Positions 1-9,842 of a DNA stretch of 64,000 bases are shown piece after piece. The notes beneath the pieces were generated by a model, which was not told the DNA's origin, made no database searches, and saw only the letters and a list, made by a program, of their open reading frames with translations. Both the position numbers and the translations under genes were made by a program. Position 1 is the first letter of the stretch, and every line of letters starts with the position of its first letter. Source of the stretch: Raillietiella orientalis (lineage: Eukaryota); the NCBI GenBank assembly GCA_036172245.1, contig JAYWIR010000092.1, forward strand, positions 186,001 to 250,000. The letters are read 5' to 3'.

Positions 1-2423
1 GCGGCTCCTCCCTAAGGGAGGAGATCTGAGGAGCATGAACAACTGGCGTCCCATCACAATAGTGAATGCGGACGCTAAGTTGGTGGCTAAGGTTTGGGCA
101 GAGCGTCTGGGACGGGTTGCCAACATCTTCATCAGCCCGGAACAGACATATGCTGTTCCCGGGCGAAGCATGGAGGCGAACCTTTTCCTCGCTTCCACCT
201 ACCTAGAGCTCCAACATGAAAGGAGCTTGGTGCGCAGCCGGAATTCCGGTGCGTGCGCCGCAAAGGGGTTGGATGGTCGGGTGGGTGAGGGAGCCCTTGC
301 GGTCGCAATCCACTTGCGAAAAGCATTCGATTGCGTCGACCAGAATCTCCTTCTGGTGCTTCTGGAACGCTTGGGCTTCCCAACCTCATTAGTGGCCTAT
401 CTGCGCTCCTGCTGGCGCGACGCGCTCATCAATGTTACTTTCAGCGGACAGACCGTGCACGGCGTGCCGGTGCGGCGTGCGATCCGGCAGGGAGACAGCC
501 TGAGCCGCTTGGTCTTCAGTACCTACTTTGAGTTGGTACTGAGAGCGTACAGGGGAACTCCGGCGCACCTGCCGCACGACTGTGCCGGTACGCCGGCTGT
601 TTCAGCATACGCGGACGACCTTCTGCTGCTGCTCCCTATGTCCACCCCGGCTGCGGCGGTCGAGGAGTTCTTCGACCTGCTGCATCGGGGAACCGGACTT
701 ACGGTGAACAGGGCGAAGTCGTCCGTGATGCCAGTTGGTGCGGCGTGGGCAGAGCAGCAGGACTGGGTCCGTTTTGGGATCCCCACGGTGAGGTACTTCA
801 AGTACCTTGGTGTGCCGTTGGGGGACTACTCCCCTGCGGAAGCGAGGTCCGGCTGCCTTCAAAAAGTAGAGACGGCGATCGGCCCGTTCCGAGGCGGCAG
901 GTTTTTTCTACCTGAACGGGCCGCGGTTTGGAATACGTTCGCGGCTCCTCTCCTCCGCCCCCTGCTTTTTGTTTGCCCCCCCACAGAGAGGATTGAAAAG
1001 CGGACAAAGGACCTCCTCCGTATCGCCCTTTGGGGCAACGGGAGGGCCCGAGGCCGCTTAAAGGACTCGTGCGCTCCTCGTCGGGATGGTGGTCTGGACC
1101 TCCTGACGCTGAAGCGGCTGGAGCTTCAGCTCCAGTTCCGCTTGTCGGCACTCGTTCCAGAGTTGTGGTGCACCTTTTGGTGCGTCCCTGCACGTCTTCT
1201 TCTCCAGCAAGCCACCGTCAAGACGGGACTGACGTCGTTTCTTGCACTCCGTCGCCGCGTCAACCGATGCGGACTCCAGCTACGGAGGGTGGCTGCGCTG
1301 TATCGGAAAAACCCAGGATTGCTCACCTGTCGCCCGTTTAACGGTAGTGCCTGGTTGCAGGAAACCGTTTGAACGTGGGGACAGTTCGGCATGCAACGCT
1401 CCCAACAGGAACGAAGGTTCCTGTTTGGGGGTTACAGAAGTTGCACGCTCCGCGAGATCCTGGAGGATCCAAAGAAGAGAGCGTGGGCAGGAAGAACCGC
1501 CCTCGCTGCTGCGCTGCCCTCCCTGATGGAAGATCTGGACAGCAATGTTGCGGCGAAGTGGGTGGTTACAGTAACAATCTCCGGAAAGGAGAAGAAGATA
1601 GGAGAGTGAAAGACGGGCCAGTTAACAGACGCTGCGACCCGGAGTACGCCTCCCAATGGACTTCTGCGCTGGGGCGCGCTGCTCGATGTTCCCATTGAAC
1701 ATCTGAAGTGGCCCCCGGTGCTCATGAACACTTCCGCCCTCCCCTTAAAATGGCAGGAGTCGGCTCTCCCGTTGCAGCACTGGGGACTCTTCTGCAATGC
1801 CCGCCGACACCACTGGACCTGGGGAGCGGTGGACCCCAATTGCGTCAGGTGTGGGGAACGGGAGTCCCTCCCCCACCTGCTAGTGGATTGTGTTGCCCTT
1901 CGGCCCCTTTGGTTTCGCTTTGCCGCGGCCATCGGAATCCCCTGCGGCAACCCCAGGGACGCACTGAAAGCCCTCTTCGTTGCTGACGCCCTTCGGCCAG
2001 CGGCCTCGTTAGCAGCTTTGTGCTGCCTACGCGGGATCGTCACCGCTTGGAGCAAGGCTACGGGAGGACAACGCGACCAGGGTGCCATCCAGCCAGCCTC
2101 CCAGTTTCTAAGGAGGGCGTCCCGATGGCCCCACCTGGATCCAGGAATACAGAAGGAGCTTGCCGGCATCCTGCAAAGGATGCAATGGCCCCACCAGCAA
2201 CTGTGATCCCTTCCCTTACCCTCCCAACTTTTCTTTTCTTTTTTGTTTTGTTTTTTGTTTTTCCCCCTTCCCCCTGCTGCCGTGGTGGACCGTACCGGTC
2301 CGCGAACCGGTGACCCGGCAGGCTCTGTGTTTCTTCGTGCGTGGCTGGAGCAATGGTCCAGCCACCGCACGTCTTTGTAAAAGTTTATTTTACAATAAAC
2401 GCCCCGGCGAAATCCGGCTGAAA
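1..2423 (+). mobile_element. Tx1/L1-clade non-LTR retrotransposon, copy A (family 1): RT, C-terminal Cys motif and complete 3'UTR
   Basis: ORFs 35-1372, 1391-1609 and 1718-2206 give NWRPITIVNADAK, LRKAFD, IRQGDSLS, AYADD, FKYLG, DGGL and CVRCGERESLPHLLVDC. Premature TGA codons at 1370 and 1607. Pyrimidine-rich 3'UTR ends AATAAAcgccccggcgaaatccggctgaaaa. Confidence 0.95.
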
Positions 2424-5400
2424 ATCGAACGCCTTGTGGAGATCACTGCGAGCGCTAGGGCCCCCTTCCCCGCCTGGGGTTCCCTTCTAAGCCAGGCTGG
2501 CGGCCCCAATGTGGAGTTGCCGATTTTTCCTTTCCCTTCCTTTTGACACCTCTGCGCGTGCATCCATGTGCTCGCGAAGAAGAGGTTGGCATCCATACTT
2601 CGCCCGGGAACAGCATATGTCTGCTCCGGGCTAGTTATGGATTCTGCCACTTGTTCCAGACGCGAATCACATAGCTCTGCTATGAACTTGGCGTCCTTAT
2701 TCACGATCGTGATCGGACGCCAGTTCTTTAAATCATTGAGGTCTCCCCCTTTCGGAAGGAGCCTCACTCTGGCTGATCGAAACGAGGCGGGAACAATCGC
2801 CTTCGTCTCGGTTCAGCCTGATCAACTTAAGCAACAGGGGTGCCAGCTCTTCCGCGAAGCTCTGATAGAACTCCGCGGGCAAGCCGTCTTCCCCTGGAGC
2901 TTAACGCCTCTTGAGCCTTTTGATACCGGCGAGAATTTCGCCGGTGGTAAATGGCTCGTCGAGGCCTAACATCTCCTCCTCTTCTATTTCCGGGGCGCCA
3001 TCCGGAAGCAAGCTTCGAGAGGCGTCTCGATCCGGGGGCTCCCTGGCGTAAAAACAGGAACAAAAACTCCGCCCGAGATGCCGTACCGACGCCGGGGACG
3101 AACATTCCCGGCCCTGGTCGTCCAGCAAGCTGGCCGACTTGGTTTGTTAGGCTTGGCGTTCGGCCCGGCGCGGTACTCGGCCAGGCGACGGACATTAGGG
3201 GTTCTCTTGTACCTACAAGCCTGTAAATAGGCCCGATGTTTGCAAGGACCCTTGCCGGATCCGAGGGGCAGGCGGTACAGGGGGAACTGCTCGCAGAACT
3301 CCCGGACCGAGGCCTTAAAAAGATACCTATCCGTAAGTTTCTGGAGACTGACGCCTCTCAGGAATTCGCGAAGGTGTTCCTTCGCACCTGAGAGTCGCGT
3401 CCAGTCCCCTGGCAGACGCCAGTCCCTGGATGGCGGTCCTTTGTCGCGAGGCCGCACCTCGAAAATTAACCGGGAATGGACCGACAACCTCGACGCAACT
3501 TTCCCCCGTTTGCCGACCCGTGAACACAGGTCAGCGTCGAGGAAGACGTGGTCGATGCTGCGGACCATTCCCCTCTCACCCGCGAACAAGTTGCGCGCAC
3601 GCATGGCGGCGCACAACTCGTTCATCGCGTTCACCTGTGTTTCCGGCTCACCTGTTAGCAGGCGGAGATTGAAATCTCCCGCTATCAGGTGAGCCTTCCG
3701 CACGTTCGTGTCCGCAAGCCAGTCGCGCTTCAGGGATTTTAGCAACCTGTTGCGGTCGCTGTATCCCTGTTTACCGCTGGGGGCGTACACATTCGTGACG
3801 ATCAGTTTGATCGAGTCGGACCAGCTGAGAATCAGCTGACCGACCTGACCGTCGTCATCGGAACGCACGCGCTTCACGGCAGCGTCGATTGCCGGCTTCA
3901 CGAAGAACGCGAGCCCGCAGGTGTTGCGGAGGCCGCATCGCCAATACAACCGACCCCCCGCGATCGTCTCGATCTCCTGGGCGTCTGCCGCGGTGATCAC
4001 GTGGATCTCCTGCAGCAGGGCCAGGTCGAGCTCACGCAGGGTGTCGGCCGTATCTCGCCTGTTACCGTCGCCGCGTAGCCCGTTGACGTTCCAACAGACT
4101 GCGCGAATGCGACGGCGACAGGCGAGCCCAGGTGTTACCCCTGGAAAGATGGCGATGCGGCGTCCGCCACTTGTTGGGTCGGGACGCTAGGTGGAGGAGG
4201 AGGGTCAGGCGCTTCGTGCACATGGGGTCCCTCCTCCATAGGTAACGGCGCGTCGAGCGGGTCACCCTTAGGTGAAGTCGCGCCTTCCTGTTGGCCTTCC
4301 TCCATGGGGGCGGGCTGTTCAGGCTGGGCGACTGCAGAGAGGTCTTCGCACCCCTGCTCACCCTCCTCCATGGGGGTGGCCGGCTCCACGGCTTCCGAGC
4401 GTGGGAGTTCCTTCTCCGGGAATCCCACGCTACCGCTACCTTCCTGCTTCTCCTCCTCGCTGGTGGAGGGAGGCTCCTCCTGGGTTTCTGGGACTTGCGA
4501 CCCGACTTCCTAGGGGGTGCCTCCGAGGAGGAGAATTCGCTACCGGCTCCCAGGTCCAACTCACCTGTGGGGGCTTTTATCGCGGGAGCCGGCCTTCGTC
4601 CGGCCTTGCGCAAAGGGTTCTCACGCTCGGCCAGCGTGGCCGCGAGATCCGCCGCCTGCGCGAACGCGGCGTCCTCGTTGTCGTCCGGCGCGTCTCGCGG
4701 CTCACCCTCTGTGTGCACAGAGGCTTCGCCGTCGCAAGCTCCGGGCGCGACGGAAACGGGGAGGGAAGGCTCGTAGCCTTGGGTGGCATCTTCAGGAACG
4801 ACGATACGTGCACTCGCGTAAGGTTTTCGAACGCGGCCCGGGTTTTTTTGCCTTACCGGCCGACTTCTCTTTCTTCTCCTTTAAAGAAGCTTTTTTCACT
4901 TTTCTGGCTGCTACAAGTTGCCAGCCCTCTTCACCTTCCGCCACTTGGGAAGTTTTATCCTCCGTTTTTTTTTTTGGAGGTTGAGGATCTGGCAGCTTCT
5001 GCAGGCGAGCGTCCGCCTTAGGTCTTGTGACCTTTACTGCGCGTTTCCCCTGCGCCTTTTTCGCGGCAGGAGTTACCAGGGTGAGGCGTTTTAAGCACAC
5101 ACGTGGAACGTGGCCCTTCTCCTCGCACATGTGGCATTAGATGTTGGGACACCTCTTGCGAAGATGTCCTATGGTATCGCAGTAGCCGCAATACCGAGGC
5201 TTTCCCGCGCACCAGACGTCCACGCACTTTTTCGCGACCTCCAGCTTGTGGGGAAGCCCACAATCCTTATTCACGGTTACCCACGCTGCAGCCTGGCCTC
5301 AGAAATGGCTATTAAAGCCTTCGAAGATTGTTGGTTTAGGCCAAAGCGCGTGCACCTCGCCGAACTTTCGAAGTTCTTGTGCTACTGCAGAGCGAATCAT

Positions 5401-5957
5401 ACGGCTCGTGATTCCAGTGAGATGGACCACCACGAAGCGGTCCATTGTCACCGGCAAGATCTTGCGGCCGTCGACGTTCAACGGGTTGGTTATCAGACTT
5501 TGAGCCAAGGTGATCTCCTCGCACACCACCTCGACTCGCTGACTTCCGCTGAGAAGGAACAGGCCGTCAAGATATTGTTCTTTAACTCCGGCGTTTTGCA
5601 GCGCTTTCAAAAAAACGCGTGCCGTTTTTCCATTAAATAAGGGGCCTACCTGGTACACCAAGCTGGGCTTGTACCCAGCTTCCCGATAGGCCGCCATCTC
5701 GGCCATGGTTTCCGCGCTCGGCGCGGCCGCCATGGCGCTCCAGCTCCTCGCCTTGGGCGGCGAGGGCGATTCCGGGGCGGACGCCCCTGATTCTGTAGGC
5801 TGTGGGTATGGGCAAGCCTCCCCCACACCTACCTTTATCGTGGTGTCCTCAGGCATCGCTGCCATCGGACGCCAACGATGTTCCACACCAAAAACACACT
5901 AAGAAAACCGCTTCCTGTCGACTCGCTCGGGAGCGTAGGAAAAACACGTCCACTCGC
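2424..5957 (-). mobile_element. Tx1-like copy B: 5'UTR, ORF1 (about 5865-4135) and ORF2 endonuclease/RT N-terminus, cut at KAFD by copy A
   Basis: Zinc knuckles (YCGYCD..GH..KRC, CHMCEEKGHVPRVC); endonuclease motifs WNVNG, LQEIH, NVYAP, AGDFN, IDH; RT WRPITIVN. Several frameshifts. 5' end reads gcgagtggacgtgtttt. Confidence 0.93.
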
Positions 5958-6796
5958 CAAGGGATTCGGCGACGGGCTGAGGAACGACCGGGTATACCAC
6001 CACGTCCGTCTTTACTCTAGGACTCCCGACGTTCGACGCCTGGCGGAGTATAAAGCTGGGGCTGAGCGACAGACCTGGCAATCCGGGTCGGCCAGCTTGC
6101 TGGACGCCCAAGGCCAGGAATTCTCAGCTCCGGCGAGAATAAACCGCATCCTGCGGGACTATTACTCCTCCTTGTACGCGCGTAGAACAACAGAGCGCGC
6201 CGTGGCACAGCGCTTGCTGCCGCAAGGCGCCCCCGTGCTACAGGAGGAGCAGACACATCAACTAGGGGCATTTCTCGATGGCGGAGATCGTCTCCGCCAT
6301 CGGAAAGCTCAGAAAGAGGAAAGCATCAGGAGAAGACGGTCTGTCCGCGGAGTTCTACCAAGGCTTCGTGGCGGAGCTGGCCCCCCTGGTGCATAGGCTT
6401 TGCATGCTGATCCGAGAACAAGGGGACGTCCCCAAATCGTTCCGGTCAGCTATAGTACGTCTCCTGCCGAAAGGAGGAGACAATCGCAACGTAGGCAACT
6501 GGCGTCATATCACAGTAGTGAATGCGGATGCGAAGCTGCTTGCCAAGCTTTGGGCTGAGCGACTGGGACGGGTGGCGGAATCCGAGGTGAGTCCGGAGCA
6601 GACATACGCTGTTCCCGGACGAAGCATGGAGGCCAACCTGTTCCTCGCCAGTACATGGTGGCAGTTGCAACAAAGCAAAGACCAGGGAGGTCAAGAAAAT
6701 CCTGGATTCTCTTCTGACCAGGAAGGGGACGCCCTTCATGGAAGAGCCGCGCTCGGTGCCCTTGCGGTCGCAGTCGATCTGCGAAAAGCGTTCGAT
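5958..6796 (+). mobile_element. Tx1-like copy C: internal ORF2 fragment from KGFGD to KAFD
   Basis: ORFs 5878-6396 and 6278-6835 give YYSSLYA, KASGEDG, RLLPKGG, QTYAVPGR and DLRKAFD. Bounded by the 5' end of B and the 3' end of D. Confidence 0.92.
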
Positions 6797-9508
6797 TTTC
6801 ACTTGGATTGCTTTGGGTCGTTCACTAAAAAATGAACTTTATAAAGTAATTATTAATGGCTGTGGCAATGCTCCAGCCAGAAGCTAAGAACCACGGAGCC
6901 TGCCAATTCACCGGTTTCTATACCGGTACGGTCCACCAAGGCAGCAGGGGAAAGGGGAAAAACAAAAAAAATAAACAAAAAGAAACAAAGGGTGGGAGGG
7001 AACGGGAAGGGATCACTGATGCTGCTGGGGCCGCATCATCCCTCTCAGGATGCTAACAAGCTCTTGTTCGTTGTGAACATTCAGGTGGGGCCATCGCGAC
7101 GCCCCTCCTCAGGAATTGGAAGGCGCACTGGATGGCGTCCTGATCGCTGGGTCCTCCCGTCTCCGGGCTCCATGCGACGACCATCCCACGAAGGCAGCAC
7201 AACGCTGCTATGGAGGACGCTGGACGAAGAACGTCGGCACCGAAGAAGGCTTTAAGTGCGTCCCTGGGGTTCCTGCAAGATATACCGATGGCCGCGGCAA
7301 AGCGCAACCAAAAAAGCCGAAGGGCAACACAATCCACTAGGAGGTAGGGGAGGGATTACCGTTCCCCGCACCTTACACAATTGGGATCCACCGCTCCCCA
7401 GGTCCAGTGGTGTCGACGGGCGTTGCAGGGGAGTCCCCAGTGCTGCAACAGGAATGCCTACTCTTGCCATTATAAGGAGAGGATGGAAGTGTTTATAAGA
7501 ACCGGGACCCACTTCAGATGTTCAATCGGAACATCAAGCAGCGCTCCCCAGCGCAGAAGTCCATTAGGAGGCGTATTCGGGGTCGTAGCATCAGTTAGCT
7601 GGCCCGTCTTCCACTCTCTCTGCTTCTTCTCCTTCCCGCAGATTTTTATTGTAACCTCCCACTTCGCCGCAACATCGCTGTCCTGATGTTCCACTAAGGA
7701 GTCCCGCGCAGCAGCGAGGGGGGTTATTCCTGACCACGCTTTCTTCTTAGGATCCTCCAGGATCTCACGAAGCGTGCAACTTCTGTAACACTTAAACAGG
7801 AACCTTCGTTCCTGTTGGGAGCGTTGCATGCCGAACTGTCTACACGTTCCAACGGTTTCCTGCAACCAGGCACTACTGTTCGCGGGGAGACAGGTGATCC
7901 ATTCTTGATTTTTCCTTGCCAGCGCAGCCACCCTCCGTAGCTGAAGCCTACATCGGTTGATGCAGCCTTAATGGAGTGCAAGAAACGTCGTAACTCCCGT
8001 CTAGCAGGTGGCTTGCTAAATAAGGAGACGTGCAGGGACGCACAAACAGGTGCACCACAACTCCGGCACAAGTGCCAAAATCCGGAACTGGTGCTGCAGC
8101 TCCAGCCGCTCCAATGTCATGAGGCCGAGACCACCGTCCCGACAAGGAGCGCACAAGTCCTTTAAGCGGACACGGGCCCTCTCGTTGCCCCAAAGGGCGA
8201 TACTGAGGAGGTCCTTCGTCCGGTTTTTGATCCTCTCTGTGGGGGGCAAACAAAAAGCAGGAAACGGAGAAGAGGAGCCGCGAACATGTTCCAAACTGCA
8301 GCCCGTTCAGGCACGAATAACCTGCCGCCTCGGAGCGGGCCGATAGCCATCTCTAGTTTTCAAAGGCAGCCGGACCACGCTCCCGCAGGGGAGTAGTGTC
8401 CCGAAGGCACACCAAGGTACTTGAACTGACTCACCGTGGGGATCCCCAAACGTACCCAGTCCTGCTGCCCTGCCCACGCCGCACCAACTTACATCAGGGA
8501 CGACTTCGCCCTGTTGAACGTGAGTCCGGTTCCTCGATTCAGCAGCTCGAAGAACTTCTCGACCGCCAAAACCGGGGTGGACATAGGGAGCGGTAGCAGA
8601 AGGTCGTCCGCATATGCTGAAACCGCAGGCGTTCCGGCGCATTCATGCGAAGGTGCGCTAGAGTTTCCCTGTACGCTCTCAGTACCAACTCAAAGTAGGT
8701 ACTGAAGAGCAAGGGGCTCAGGCTGTCTCCCAGCCGGTTCCCACGTCGCACCGGCACGCCGTGAACAGTCTGCCCGCTGAAAGTAAGATTGATTTGCGAA
8801 TCGCGTTAGCTGGAGCGCAGATAGGCCAATAATGAGGCCGGGAAGGCCAAGCGTTGCAAAACCTCCAGCAGGAGATTCTGATCGACGCTGTCGAATGCTT
8901 TACGCAAGTCGATCGCGACCGCAAGTGCTTACTTCCCCATGCGACAATCCTTTGAATGGCTAACGGACTCAACGGAATTATCAATGCGCATCAAGCCCCT
9001 TTCGTGTTTGAGCTCTAGCCAGGTGGAAGCGTGGAACAGGTTCGCCTCCATGCTTCGCCGGAAACAGCATACGTCTGTTCCGGGCTGATGAAGGAGTTTG
9101 CAACCCGTCCCAAGCGCTCAGCCTAATCCTTAGCCAGCAACTTGGCATCCGTGTTCACTATTGTGATGGGACGCCAGTTGTTCATGCTCCTCAGATCTCC
9201 TCCCTCAAGGAGGAGCCGCAACTTTGCCGAACGAAACGAGGCGGAAACGTCACCTGTCTCGCGTATCAGCAAAGTGAGTTGCTGTACCAGGGGGTTAGCT
9301 CAGCCGCGAAAGTTCAATAAAACTCCGCGGACAGGCCGTTCTATCCTGGAGCCTTGCGTTTCTTATGCTTTCCGATGTCCGGGATGATCTCGATCATCGT
9401 GAAAGGCTCGTCAAGAAACTTTTGCTCCTCTTCCTTGATCGCAGGAAAGCTTTCCGGAAGCAGGAGTCGTGAGAAATCCCGATCGGGAGGCGCCGTGGCG
9501 TACAGGAA
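6797..9508 (-). mobile_element. Tx1-like copy D: degenerate RT, C-terminal region and 3'UTR
   Basis: Minus-strand fragments homologous to A (GDSLSPLLFSTYFELVL, DGGLGL, NGLLRWGALLDVP); its 3'UTR matches that of A. Confidence 0.92.
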
Positions 9509-9530
9509 GCGTGCGGACGTGTTTCTTCTG
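9509..9530 (+). promoter_or_regulatory. Conserved 5'-end motif GCGWGYGGACGTGTTT (DPE-like internal promoter element)
   Basis: Same motif at the 5' ends of B (5940-5957, minus), 32416-32432 (minus) and a variant in G (63141-63156, minus); matches the RGWCGTG downstream promoter consensus. Confidence 0.6.
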
Positions 9531-9675
9531 CGCTCCTGCCGCACTAGTTTTCTAAGCCTTTTTTTCTATTGTGTTAGTGCGTGGTGCATCGCCGGTGTCC
9601 CATGGCAGGAATGCCTAAGGACAACGCGATGGAAGCAGGCGGAAGAGAGGATGGTTCTTCTCCCCAACCCACAGA

Positions 9676-9842
9676 GGTGGGGGCAACCGCCCCCACGGAG
9701 GAGAGGGCAACCGGCCCCTTGAAAAAGTAGGCAACCGCCTCTCCGGAGACGAGGGCTACCGCCACCTTAAAAAAGGGTGCAACCGCCCTCGTGGAAAAGG
9801 GCGCAACCGCTCCCTTGAAAAAGGGGGCAACCGCGTCTTCGG
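9676..9842 (+). repeat. 24-bp coding minisatellite (about 7 units, GATAPLKK-like) in the ORF1 N-terminus of E
   Basis: Repeated ggggcaaccgc(t/c)cccttgaaaaag-like units. Confidence 0.9.

Noticed and set aside
1432..2370. Long antisense ORFs (also 4272-5021, 10360-11049, 56506-57390)
   Set aside because: These are shadows of GC-rich coding strands with no recognisable motifs.
9676..9842. CRISPR array
   Set aside because: Contiguous tandem units with no spacers, inside ORF1, with no cas genes and a eukaryotic context.
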